Position numbers and translations under genes: made by a program. A stretch of 64,000 nt of DNA from Tubulanus polymorphus (Eukaryota; Animalia; Nemertea): contig NC_134033.1 of the NCBI RefSeq assembly GCF_964204645.1, positions 10,548,655 to 10,612,654 of the forward strand, read 5' to 3'. Positions within the stretch are counted from its first letter, which is position 1. Each line of letters starts with the position of its first letter. This document shows, in pieces, positions 51,046 through 63,447 of this stretch. The notes below the pieces were generated by a model. The model searched no databases, was not told the DNA's origin, and saw nothing but the letters and a program-made list of their open reading frames with translations.

Positions 51046-51683
51046 AATGAACATTGTCAGACTAGATTTTCGTTTTTTTTTTTGTGGGGACTCCATCATG
51101 TATGTACACGTATCAACCCTGCACCCCCCCCCATCGTTCCCATCCGATCGGCCGAAACGGCTCATATTCACGGAAGGCTAGCGGTGCCTTTTCGAAACAA
51201 TGCGCATCAATTCATGCTAGGTCACTTCTTGGCAAATGGTGCACGGCGCTCTGACCAGGAGGTCAACAAAACAAACATGGACGGTCGCTCCAGTCAGTGA
51301 GGCATTAACTAAAATGCATCTGGACGGTTGGGCTGGTGAACCAGCCATTGAGGCATTAAGTAAACGCTGGCTCTAGAACTAGTGATGCGGACGAACACAG
51401 ACCGCAGCATGCGAGACGATGCTAGTCGAGTCGTCGAGTATACGCACTGACAGCAACACGTGTTCGGCTCATTTGCATAATAATTGACGTAATTTACATA
51501 TGAATGGATCGATAATAAGCGATCGTGGTCACATGTGTAAAGGCAATTATATTATTAAAATTCACTAGCGTTTTAATATTCTACTACGCTCGCCGACAAT
51601 TTCACTACACGGTATAAAGAACCGATACATTCTTACAGACAGACCGGCGAAATGTACCATCGCCTCGCTTTTTAATTACTAGA

Positions 51684-51807
51684 TGGACCAGTTGCACAGT
51701 CGTGTCATAAGTCCAGAAGCGGTCTTAAATCTCAAGACTGGTCTTCAGTCGTTAGTTTGGCTATAGAACTAAATTGGTCTTAGACTGGTCTTATGTGCAA
51801 CCGGCCT
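51684..51807. mobile_element. PIF/Harbinger-like MITE, subfamily with TTAGACTGGTCTTA internal motif
   Basis: GGACCAGTTGCACA / TGTGCAACCGGCC TIRs; related remnants at ~6790-6840 and ~37855-37962. Confidence 0.7.
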
Positions 51808-52112
51808 CAGAGTTTTTGAATTGCGGTAGAAATAGATTCGTGCCGTTTTGTAAAGTAGCGGAACGGTTTACTGGGTTTTTATTTCGACATTTGATTTGCT
51901 CCGTTGATAAAAAGTAGCCTGTTGGAATTTCTGACGTATTTATGTAATTCAATAACAGTCTGGGCGACATGTTTTCTGTCTCGTGTTTCTGTTGTTTTGA
52001 TACGATATTCGAAAGTTTCCCGTTTCTATCTTTTCATCTAGAATTCTAAAGTTTTTTACGTCATTTGCAATTAAAACTACTAATGCCGCAGATTTTCATG
52101 TGCTTTTTATCT

Positions 52113-52435
52113 CCTGGGCCAGGTTGCATAGAAATGGCTTGGATATAAGACCAATCAAAGGCCAACTTATTCTATAACCAATCTAGCAATTTTAGACCAG
52201 TCTGAGCTCATCTTGGTTCTATAACCAATCTAACAACTTAAGACCAGTTTAAGCTCCTTTTGGTTCTTCAACCAATTCAACAACTTAAGACCCGTCAAAG
52301 CACATTTTGGTTCCACGGCCAATCTATCTTGAGTCTAAACTCAATTTGGTTCTAATGCATTACCAATGTCATAAATCATGACAAGTCTTCAGAATTAAGA
52401 CAAATTTTGACTTTTAAGTCTTGAATTGCATCTGG
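52113..52435. repeat. MITE-bounded degenerate ~47-bp array (reverse orientation of the 58.2-58.8 kb array)
   Basis: CTG|GGCCAGGTTGCATAG start; TAAGACCA(G/A)T...TTCTATAACCAATCTA units. Confidence 0.7.
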
Positions 52436-52959
52436 GGTGACTGTTAGTTTAGCATTGTAAGAGTAGACTCAGGCGGCAATAACTACAAATATACAAATAA
52501 ACGTAACAACAGCATTGCTGGTGCTATACAATATAATTTGTAAAATTCTGAGTCAATCAAACTGTTGATAATTCGTAGTTGATAATCCCTTGTTTGCACC
52601 AGGAGATATCTGATAAAGCTATGTTGTAGAAATAAGCTCATTGAAAGTGGCCGTTCGATGAGCGATCGATATAAACTCAACGCTGAAATACAATAGAATT
52701 GCACTAAAACAATGCGCACCAGAGTTATTTAAACAAACATGTGTTACATCGAAATTCAACTTGTTCTCACATTCTACACACGGTTATCGTGTGACTTATT
52801 GTCCCCGGATATCGGACAGCGCTAACCCCTTCAGACGCGCCTCCCAAATCAGAGGTATTCACAAGGGGGGGGGGGGGGTGTAGAAAATAATGCACAGTAT
52901 ACCCTATCATTGTCACATCCTCAATCAGTCGCTTGCCGTTAGAATACTGCTTGAATGAA

Positions 52960-53195
52960 CCAGAACCGAATTTCCTAATTATGTGCTTCGATTTGAACAA
53001 TTAATTCTGTGAAATTGACCACCGATCACACAACAATATCTGTACTTCGATTTCCGATTTCAAAATCATCAAATCCTCTGTTTCGCTCCCGCCAGGTGTG
53101 TTTATAGGGTTTATAGGGACACCGAATCAAAACAAATCAGACCAAATCTTCCAATCAAATAAACAACAGGGTCAATCCTTATTTCAAGATAATAA
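52960..53195 (+). repeat. Dispersed repeat, copy of 44765-44985
   Basis: Pairwise similarity read directly. Confidence 0.75.
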
Positions 53196-53539
53196 AAATG
53201 GCAATGTCGCTTCCATCCCGCTACACTCATCACGACAGAGCGGAGTTGACTTTGTAAAACCTTCTTTGTATTTCTTATTGCTGTATTTCGTAACAAACCA
53301 CACCTCGAGACACCTGAACCCTAACAGAGGGACACCTGTAGACTATACGCTCCTCACCCCCTCAACCTCCTCGCCGCATCGGATATGTAATACTATTTCT
53401 CGCGTATTTAAACAATGCATTAAACTCTATAATCCTCAATAAAGGACGCGTATAGGCCGATACAGTACATTCATATAATACACGACATAATGCGACACTG
53501 GCACCATATGTTACAACAATTCCAGGAAGATCACAGAGC

Positions 53540-53715
53540 TCTCACTCCTTCTCGCTCTCCTCTCTCTCTCTCCTCTCCCTCCTCACCCTCTCTTCTTTCC
53601 CTCTTTCTGTCTCCTTCCTTCCCTCTCCTGACCCTCTCTCTCCTCTCTTCCCTCTCCCTCTCTCTTCTTTCCCTCTCTCTCCTCTCCCTCTACCCCTCTT
53701 TCTCCTCTCTCCTCA
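53540..53715. repeat. CT-rich low-complexity tract
   Basis: Polypyrimidine run. Confidence 0.85.
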
Positions 53716-54937
53716 TTTGATTTCTACAAGGACAACAGTTTAACATTTTCACTTGTATATCATGTATGCAAGGATAAATTCTTTACATTCAAATCGAAAT
53801 TATCAAATACTCAAAAAAAAAGATATAAGTTTTTCCACGTTATCTCGGTGTTCTCTGGGTGACGGAAAGGACAATGTATCCGCATTTTCTCTCGACAGAT
53901 CGCCTGCCTTGGCTGCAACAGTTTCAAATACTGTTTAAATCCCACGCGCGGCCTCGGGCACCAATTATGTCTGTACTATTTTCATTGTCTGATCGAGGTG
54001 CTTTGTCCTCGAACTCGTCTCCAGTTTCGGTCCAATAGAACTGATAGTCGTATGTCGTAATGTCGAATGTCGCTTGGAATATGTTAGTTACGCGCCGATT
54101 CGCTGTCATAAACTTTTCGACTCGGAAACAATGACAACTTTAACCATCGATAAAGCTTTATCTTCGTCGTAAATCTTGTTTAATTTTCGTCCAATTTTAA
54201 AACCAGTAAATTTGGTACGACCTTCGGACTGGAACGCGTTTAACCCAGTCCAGATCCCGGTATTAGTCTTACCCGCTAGTCTGTGAATAAATCTCACACG
54301 CACGCACGTGGAGATGTACAATCCAATCAAACATTTTACCATTATCAAACTACCAGTTCAGCATATCCATGATTAATTACATAGAGTATTTTGCTTTTCG
54401 TTCCTTTGATCTTCGAAAGTCTTTCATCGAAAAAGTGCCGATCTCAGTAGCGTAGGGATAGAATGGGTCGGGGATAGGCCATGTCGACTGGGGAAATTTA
54501 ATTAATTTGTGTTGTGACGATGTTATATACCACCCGTGGTCTACATCTGCATCCTAAGCGCCAGCATCTCCAGTGCGCGTGCGCGTGCGCGTGGCTGCGA
54601 GCGATTTCACCGGGGATTATAGCGTAAAAAACGTACTCGATCGGGCCCCGCGGCTAGGCTCAGCTCTCCTGGAAACCAGCTACATAGTGTTAACCCTCCG
54701 CCGCGGCGTCTCTCTCCATAATCACGACTACTCGTAGATGCTTTAAGACAAAAGGCTTTGTTCGGCGACAAAGCGATATACGTTTTAAACTGACTAATTT
54801 GTATCGTGAAACTATGACTTGTTTTGAGTCACTCTACGTTTTGGTCACGATAATATATTACTAATACACGTAGAACTAGCGTAGTTTCGCAATAAGGTTT
54901 GACTCCATCTTTTTTGGTTGAATTGCTGTTGGTACCT

Positions 54938-55240
54938 AGGCGCGTAGCCAGGGCCCTCTAAAGTGCGAAATAAACTTCCAGTGGACCTTATAACGACGTC
55001 AGCGGCGAGGGCTCGAAGTTTTGATGCGAGGTCAGCTCGAAGTTTTGGTTTTAATATCTGGTACTCCGATCAGAAAAAAATATGAAAATGACCTGTTATT
55101 ACAGTACTTTACAATATGACACTTTACGATCGCCGGGTGCAGAGTAGCAAATAGATCGACCAGTTTTTCTTAGGGACATTTTTTTCATTGTTAAAATTGC
55201 GGGCCTTATCTTTCGTGGAGGGAGGGGGGTGAGTTCGCAC
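54938..55240. mobile_element. Second copy (inverted) of the 33368-33698 MITE
   Basis: GGCGCGTAGCCAGGGCCCTCT start; CGGGTGCAGAGTAGCAAATAGATCGACCAGTTTTTCTT is the rc of ~33440-33478. Confidence 0.7.
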
Positions 55241-55267
55241 CCGACGTGAAACTGGCCGAACATTTTC

Positions 55268-55385
55268 ATTGAGCGAGTAGTTTATTTTACCGTTTCAGCT
55301 ATATTCTAATAGTCATCATCTGGAAACCAGAATGTTTCCTTGAGCAATATTCCTATATTGAGCAGTATTCCCGAAGATGACTGCG
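55268..55385 (-). mobile_element. Degenerate minus-strand hammerhead repeat copy with an adjacent + strand fragment
   Basis: rc CAGATGA-T-GACTATTAGAATATAGCT-GAAACGGTAAAATAAACTACT; + strand CAGTATTCCCGAAGATGACT at ~55364-55382. Confidence 0.65.
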
Positions 55386-56137
55386 TAATGAATTGATACA
55401 AATCTCGTGATCGTGGTGGTGGTTGCTGCAAATCTGATTTGTGCGGAGGCGGTTCAGCCGTGCGGTCTCTCAGCACCATCAGCCCTTAAATGTATACTTA
55501 TCAATCTGATTATTAGATGCAGCTGTATTCGTGAATGTATGTTCAATATGAAAGTGATGAATATTCTACAATTGCATTTCACGAGTCTTCAATTCATTTA
55601 CATCAGAATTCAATTCACCTTTGATTCAACTAATCCATACGGTTAGAGGGCATGTTCGGGAAGCTGTTTCGGAAATTTATCATGATTTATCAAAGAAAGT
55701 CTAAACGCCTCCTGTTATGCGTTTCTTTCTGTTCTTCTGCAAGACATAATCGAAGGTATAATTCCTGGCAATGGGTCTGAATGATTAGGCCTATACCTGA
55801 CTGGTCACCATATATCAATGGTCACTAACACTGACCAGACAAGCTGACTAAATGCTTCTATGGTCTAGAGGTTAGTATGAAAGGTTAATCCTCCCTGATC
55901 ATCTGGTATGCTGGAGGTCCCATGTTTCAGTCGCATTTCGAACCCCTGCTCTGGGAAAGATTTTACGATCGGGATGGCGATTTTACCATACGCTCTGGTT
56001 TTCACCCACAGCTGTGTGAATAAGCTCCCAAAGGCTACAAGTATCATTATCAGTAAACCCGTGTTCCGTGCATGAAAACATAGAAATAGATAAACATTTA
56101 TATAAATGCCATATAAAAAGTGCATGGCAATAATCTG

Positions 56138-56259
56138 GGTCCAGTTCCACAGTTGTGAGTTAAATTCATTAATTCTCTTAAGTTAAAACATTGAAAATTA
56201 ACGAACTTTGGTGAACTAACTCAGAGTTAACTCTTAACTCCTAACTGTGGAACCGGGCC
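56138..56259. mobile_element. PIF/Harbinger-like MITE with exact CTG target-site duplication
   Basis: CTG|GGTCCAGTTCCACAGTT ... AACTGTGGAACCGGGCC|CTG. Confidence 0.85.
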
Positions 56260-56809
56260 CTGTAAGTAATGAAATATCAATCTGAACTATCTAGAAACTA
56301 GTTGTTTGTTTGAGTTTATCCTCCTACCGACTCCCCTACCCCTGTTATGGGAGACTAGGGTCTCCCCATACGTGAGTTTTTCCCAAAGGGAGAACATGGC
56401 CTTCGATTATCGGTCGAACCCCGGGTTTCTACCAGGCAACTACCCCTCATTCACACCTAACTAATATAGGCTGGGCCTGTGGACGTCTTAGGCCACAGGT
56501 GTTAAAGGAAACTGGGAATCTGGAGGTCAACGAGACCGAGGCCTCTAGATATCTCTAACGAACAATACATACCCGCAGATTACACTACAGATTGCATTAT
56601 TTGTATTGTATATATGTATTGAAATATTATCAGGTGATAAATAAAACTATTGTAAACAGAATTCGAGAGATACGTGTAGATTCCTCAAATCACAGCGGCG
56701 CGTCTCGGTGACAGGTGAAAATACGACGTGTATTACAACTAATTTACACTGGACCACATTGCGAAATAATCCTTTCCAACAGGAAGTACTCAGATACGCA
56801 TCAGAATGT

Positions 56810-57340
56810 GGATCTGCAACTCGGCCCAGAAATGTGGAACTGAGCCATGAATTGTGGAACTGGGTTCAGAGCTGTGGAACTGGATTCAGAACTGTGGAAC
56901 TGGGTTCATAACTGTGGAACTGGGTTCAGAACTGTGGATCTGAGTCCTGTACTGTGGAACCGGATCTTGAACTGCGGAACTGGGTTCAGAACAGTGAAAC
57001 TGGGTCCTGAAAGGTGGAACTGTGTACATAACTGTGGAACTGGGTCCTGAACTGTGGAACTGGGTTCAGAACTGTGGATCTCAGTCCTGTACCGCGGAAT
57101 TAAATCTTGAACTGTGGAACGGGTCCTGAACTGTGGAACTGGGTTCATAACTATGTGAATCTGAGTCAAGATCTGTGGAACTGGATCCAGTAACTGCAGA
57201 ACCGAATCCTGAACTGTGGAACTGTGGACCTAGTAACTGTGGAACTAAATCCTCCCTGAATTGTTGAACTTGGAACTGGGTCTTGAACTGTGGAACTTCT
57301 GTGTCCTGGACTGCGGAACTTGGTTCAGATTTTGTGGAAT
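56810..57340. repeat. 20-bp minisatellite (AACTGTGGAACTGGGTTCAG)n, ~25 copies
   Basis: Direct reading; the unit is essentially the MITE right TIR. Confidence 0.95.
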
Positions 57341-58140
57341 TACGTAGACATTTAAATACATATGTAATGAATTCAAATATCAGAAAAAATGTCACCTTCC
57401 AAAACCACGTAAAACACAGCCTGATGATATATATATATGCATAAAAGTATGTTAGTCGTGTACACTTAGGGGCAGCTGCTGGCTTCAATGAGTCACAACC
57501 GACTCTTGGGTAAACATCATGAAAACCACTTCAAATCGCGAAAACTGGGCCGCGAAAATCAGATGAAGTCTTCTGGCTGCCCTCAAACCAGGCATATCTA
57601 TAAAGTATCTAAAGTGTTTAACATATTTGATCGAGAGATGACCTAGCCGATATACATATTGATAATGATTCGAGCCCGGGAAATCGGTACTTCCCGTAAG
57701 AACAATTCATTAAAGGAAACATCTCGATTCGCCGCTCGCTGGGATGGATAGGTTTCTGATTGATTCTCAGTCGATGATTGGTCGATATTCGAGTGCTCCT
57801 CTCGTCGGTCAGAGGTGACCTACAAACATTTTGATTCTCAAATGTCATGCAAATGCCGTGCATCTGAAATACTTTTAATTCCACATGAAACAGTTCAGAA
57901 ACTTTCTGGTTATTAGTGACACTAAGAAGGGAACATTTCCCGTTCAGTAGAGGGTAGCCGGGGTTCGTGCAGTACAATCATGTTCGAATCCCAAAACTTC
58001 ACAAATATATCATGAGAATTTAATCACGTGTGTCCTTAACTTGTACCCACTGTACTGCTCAAGTCTTGAATTTCAAAGACAATTCTGAAGTTAATGATCA
58101 ATAAACCAAGATGGTCATAAAAGTCCTGGCTGCATTCAAC

Positions 58141-58805
58141 TGGCTCCAGTTGCACAGCCGTGATCCAAAAGTGGTCTTAAGATCATGTTGTCATACATAT
58201 AGATAGAACTAAACTGATGTTTAAACTGGTCTTGATTTCTTGGTTGGTTAACTAAAATGAGCTTAGACTGGTCTTGAGTTGTTATACTGGTTATAGAACT
58301 AAAATGAGCTTAGACTGGTCTTTAGTTGTTATACTGGTTATAGAACTAAAATGAGCTTAGACTGGTCTTTAGTTGTTATACTGGTTATAGAACTAAAATG
58401 AGCTTAGACTGGTCTTTAGTTGTTATACTGGTTATAGAACTAAAATGAGCTTAGACTGGGTCTTAAGTTCATAAATTGGTTATACAACCAAAATCAGCTT
58501 AGACTGGTCTTAAGTTCATAAATTGATTATACAACCAAAATGAGCTTAGATTGGTCTTAAGTTCTTAAATTGGTTATAGAACCAAATTGTGCTTAGATTG
58601 GTCTTAAGTTGTTAGATCGATTTCAGAACCAAAAAAGAGCTGAGACTGGTCTGAAGGTGTTAGATCTGTTATCAAACCAAAATGAACTTAGACTGGTCTT
58701 AAGGTGTTAGATCTGTTATCAAACCAAAATGAACTTAGACTGGTCTTAATTTGATTGATTGGTTACAGAACCAAATTGGGCTCAGACCGGTCTCAAGTCC
58801 AAGCC
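58141..58805. repeat. 47-bp tandem array (ACTGGTCTTTAGTTGTTATACTGGTTATAGAACTAAAATGAGCTTAG)n, ~12 copies, inside a MITE
   Basis: Period 47 (58314 to 58361); begins with the MITE TIR GGCTCCAGTTGCACAG at ~58142. Confidence 0.92.
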
Positions 58806-59739
58806 TCGACTGGTGTCCCGCTGTTTGACTGGTTCACTGCGATGTTAATCCGTCACTAATAATAATCCTTACCGTTTTATCGAGAATGAATACGATATAT
58901 TGTGATTATATGATTTCTTCGATGTAAAGATCAATACATCGCCGATAAAGCCCGATTTGCGAGAGCGCGGCAACATCTGTTCAACAATTCTCCGTGACGG
59001 TTTACGAGGTAACATCTTGCGTTAGATAGCAACAAGCGATTATACCGACAGGCAGGCAGGCAGGCAGGCGCATAGGACAGCTATATCTTAACCTTATACT
59101 GACTAGATCCATACATACATATGCGCACGATTTCAATAATAGTCCTAATAATAATAATGTCGGTAATAATAATAATATATATTCATCAATATATACCTAT
59201 CTATATGTAGAAGATTTATATAATATAATACTTAATTTGCCAACACCTGCTCCACAGAATTCATGCCCCCTAAAGGTTGTACCGATAAATGGGGTTACTG
59301 GAATGTGATTGAGCTTGAACTTGAGCCAGCTTTAGCTTGGCACTTAACTCAATTCCTTTACAATTGAGTTAAGATTGAAATTAAGATCAACATCTAGACA
59401 ATTCCAGTCATTCTTCGTTTAATAAATGTATAGATCGTTCGTCTGTCCTTGGAGTAATATTATTCATGAAATATTCCAAGGTCTGGTAATAACAGCTTCA
59501 CGGTCTGTTGTAAAATATGTCGCTCGTTCGACGAATGTCGAATTCTGCTAGCTAATCTAACAACTTAAGTCGGATTGATCCTCATATTTTCAAATCTGTA
59601 AAATCGAGCTCTTGGTTTAAAGAGATAGGTCTAGATTTAGCCCATTGCGATAATGAGCTCAGTCTATGAAACTTGAGTGGATTTCAGAGATTTCTTCACT
59701 CATCTTGTTTAGAAATATGCTATGTGGTCAGGGAATCGA

Positions 59740-59910
59740 TCTTTGGTTAGATCCGGGCGCCTCCGATTGCAAACTTAGGTTAAATCCGGGCGTCTCCGAC
59801 TGCTGGGTGAATACTGGAGCCTCCGACTGCGAGATTGGATTTAATCCGGACAACTCCGACTGATGTCCAGGATTAAATCCGGAGGACAGATCAGGATCAG
59901 GATTAAATCA
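59740..59910. repeat. Degenerate ~30-bp tandem repeat (TTAAATCCGGGCGTCTCCGACTGC)
   Basis: CTCCGA(C/T)TG recurs 4 times; TAAATCCGG recurs. Confidence 0.7.
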
Positions 59911-60526
59911 TTTATTCATGTGGTACCCTCATCACGTAGAATCCTTTTTTGGAAAGTCCTCGGGCCGGAAGAGGGGATTTTAGGGGGTTGGACGATAGGT
60001 CAGGTTCCGGTGCGTCCATTCAGCAGCAGCAGCAAATAGGGCGAGTGGTGATAGTGGATATTCTGCAGCAGTCGAGGATCCAGGGAACAGTTGTTGTACA
60101 ATGAAATCGTTGAGATTTGGATTCAAAAGTTTATGACTCCAACTGGACTCTCGAACCAGACTCCACGAGACGGGAAAAAAACAAACGTCCTCCAAAGCAG
60201 AAAACAAAAAGCGGCAACGAAACGAATAAACAAAACAATAAAACCTCGTTTTATATTTTAACGCACTTTTAACTTTATTGAAATCGTTTGTTTTTTTTTT
60301 AATTAATTAATTAATTTTTTTTCGTATCGGCATATCAATTCGTTTTGTTATCGGTTTCGGGGATACTCCCCCGAAACGTCCGGTACACTTATAAAAAGCA
60401 AATATTCGTTTCGTAATTCTCTTTTTTAAACTATTATTATACAGAGCTATTCGGTTAATTTTTTTAATTATTCTAAATCTTTTTTTCATATATAAACATG
60501 ATTTTCGTATACATCAGTATTCTATA

Positions 60527-60698
60527 CATCATCATCATCATCATCATCATCAACATCGTTATTAGTTACATATAAGGCAGCACCTTTCCGGTCCGCCACG
60601 GCGCTGTCTGATTCGCCGTACAAAAAAAATAATAAGCTATACCAAAAAAATCATCATCATCATCATAATCGTATTAATCATTCAATAAAATTATAATC

Positions 60699-60734
<36 letters not shown>
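60527..60734. repeat. (CAT)n and (AAT)n microsatellites
   Basis: (CAT)n at ~60527-60552 and ~60652-60666; (AAT)n at ~60699-60734. Confidence 0.9.
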
Positions 60735-60735
<1 letters not shown>

Positions 60736-61189
60736 GGTACATACACAAGAGATTTCTTCCAACTCAGAGAAACAAAAAAATGTGATAAACGTAAAAAATA
60801 GATTTTCTTGTTTATATATAAATGCTTTTCGTACCAGTCTGTATACGCTGTTTCGTATCAGACCCCGGATCGCGGCGAGTTGCGTGCGCAACACACGGGG
60901 AGAGATAGAGAGCACACACGCGCACGCAGAGTATCCGTATCATCGCTTTCGGATACGCGAACCACCATATAGTAGCATCCAACCCCAGCGAGTAGGTCCT
61001 ATAGCAATATTCACGAGTTTAAAAAAAATTGACCATTTTTGACCGCACGATAACCCCCGCGCTCTCGCCGACCCCCTCTGACTCCTGCTGCTGCCCCCTA
61101 GAAACCCGACCCTCGGCCTATTTCAGTGATATGTTATTCCTTATAATGAGATGCGATTTTTCTTCGTACAAAAAAAATACAAGACACTG

Positions 61190-61299
61190 GATTCAGTTCT
61201 TCGGTGGCGAGTTAAGCGTTGAATCATCAGAGTTACAACGAGTTCATTTTCAATGAGTTAATTCTCGACGCTAAACTCGCAACAACGTGGAACTGGGCC
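61190..61299. mobile_element. Diverged PIF/Harbinger-like MITE
   Basis: CTG|GATTCAGTTCT ... GTGGAACTGGGCC|CAG; internal GTTCATTTTCAATG shared with 50704-50811. Confidence 0.7.
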
Positions 61300-61654
61300 C
61301 AGTGTTTTATTACCCTGTTAACCCGATTTAGCCAATAACAGCGGAGTACAGTTGAAATTCTTAGTTTCCCCTACCCCCTATACGACCCTCCCCACAATCA
61401 GCGGTTCAAATCAATGGCCGTTGCTGACACCAGGTAACTCATCAATTTCGCCCATCTCGAAAAAAAAATCTCCTAATGTTTCGTGTTTGCAACCGACAAC
61501 ACATTTTCAACAGACGACGCAAACGTGTCAGCTTATATATGTATATATAAATACCGCTGCTCTTCATGGTGGCCCCAAATCAAAACGGAAATAAAATATT
61601 TCAAACATTCGATTAGAAAAGATTATTACATTTACAGCACATTTTATAGTCCGC

Positions 61655-61777
61655 GACCCGATTCCACGGTTGTGAGTTCGAATTGTAAACTCGAGCTTTT
61701 AAAAAAACTCGTCGAGAAAATGGACCGCTTTCAACTGGGAATCGATCAGCTCGAGCCCGCAACTGCGAAATCGGGTC
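61655..61777. mobile_element. Diverged PIF/Harbinger-like MITE
   Basis: GACCCGATTCCACGGTTGTGAG / GCAACTGCGAAATCGGGTC inverted ends. Confidence 0.65.
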
Positions 61778-63430
61778 CCGATTGACATGGAATAATCGTA
61801 GTCACCACGGCGCATCAAACACGCGCGGAGCTACGATGATTAACACATTATATAAGAATCATTTTCTATCCACAGTTTTAAAAACGAACAAAATGAAAAA
61901 CGATGCTTATTTCAAAAAAAGATCGGTCACGGAGCTTCGTAAAGGTCGATAGCGATTTGAAAAAAAAACGGTTTTTGTTACAGCGATTCTAATGTCATCA
62001 TTCGTGGATAAAACTTCAAATCGACTTTCTCTTCCGATACGCGACGAAGCCGGAAACTATCGTAAAACTAACGCGAAGCTATGGCATTTTCCTATACGAT
62101 TTCGATAGTTCCGCGGTAGTACTTGGCATCGTTTGGCTTCGAATTGAGAAATTGCTTCCTAGACCTAATTCTATATAATTCTATATAATTCTACCCGCTT
62201 GAAATAGTTACAGAACTTGAGACGTTTCGAGGTTGGGAATTCGTGAGTTTTAATGATGAGGTTTCGAGACATTAGCTGGAATATATCTACTATGCAGCGT
62301 GTTTAACAACCTTAAGAAGCACTCGAAAATAAATTCGTCGCTCGAGAAATGTTGACATGAATTTCATTCGTTTGAAAAAAAAAGATGATATCAAATTTCA
62401 AGCCTCGCAAAGAAACCGAATCGAGAAAATAATCTTGAACAGTTCGTGTCCCATCACGTAAGATGCTACCATTTTTTGAAGTCACGAATTATAGATTACG
62501 GTGGTCGATTTACTTGGAATAACTTAAGTCGTTTTCGGTTTTTTAGAATTTAGCCGCAGTTTTTCATTTTTCGTCGGTCGAGGAGGCGCTTTAAAATTTG
62601 TGACGCTCGATAATTTTTTTTCGTTGTATCTCGGACTATTGGTTTATCGATCGATCTACGAGTAAGTGGTCTGGGTTGTCTGAGTGTTATATATGTGTAT
62701 GTGTTTGTACATATAGTGATGAGGGATCGAACATGAATTTACTCATGTACTTAAACGATAAAGTCGCCGATAGAACAAACATACGGTCCGCGACACCGAT
62801 ACCGATATAGCACCGGGAGTAAATAATACACCTCAAACTCGATAGACTAAACCTACGCATCGATGTGTGGAAAAAATGTTATCGTTCTAACGTTTTGAGA
62901 TTTTGACTTAATTTCAGAATCATCAGAGCAATGGAACTAGATTATCTAATCGTCATTTTACGGTTTCGCTGGTGATGACGATTTAGCCGCGGAAGCTCAA
63001 AACGTAAGACGAATAATTTCGCATATCCTCGAGCTCAAACACACGTAAACAGCCACAGAGAGAATCATTTTGCTGGATTTTCCTTCTACGAACTACGAAC
63101 ACGATAAGCAAAAAGATAATAAAATAGTTAATAACCATAATGTTAGGCGAAAAAACTGTTTTTTTCCTAACACGAATATCTTGAATGTGTTATATATTTT
63201 TTGTTCAGTTTTTAGTTTTGTTTCTGGGTTAAGGAAATGCGTTATAATAGCGCCATCTACCAACAGACGAGGCAAAATGATGATAAGAACAGAATAAGTA
63301 AAAAGGGCCGTTTGATAATCTAATTAAATAAACATGGATGAATCTTAAAAAAAAACCAAAAGTTGCGTAGTTTCTTTTTTAATTGTTTACAAATAAGTAC
63401 AAGCCCGCAGGATTATTAAGGGAACAGTAC

Positions 63431-63447
63431 TGCTGCCACCTAGCGGC
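63431..63447 (-). promoter_or_regulatory. CTCF-consensus motif
   Basis: rc GCCGCTAGGTGGCAGCA, near-perfect CTCF core; a weaker motif AGCGCCATCTACC at 63249-63261. Confidence 0.55.

Noticed and set aside
59100-59122. TGACTAGATCCATACATACAT resembling a miR-279-family mature sequence
   Set aside because: The flanking sequence gives no complementary arm for a pre-miRNA hairpin.
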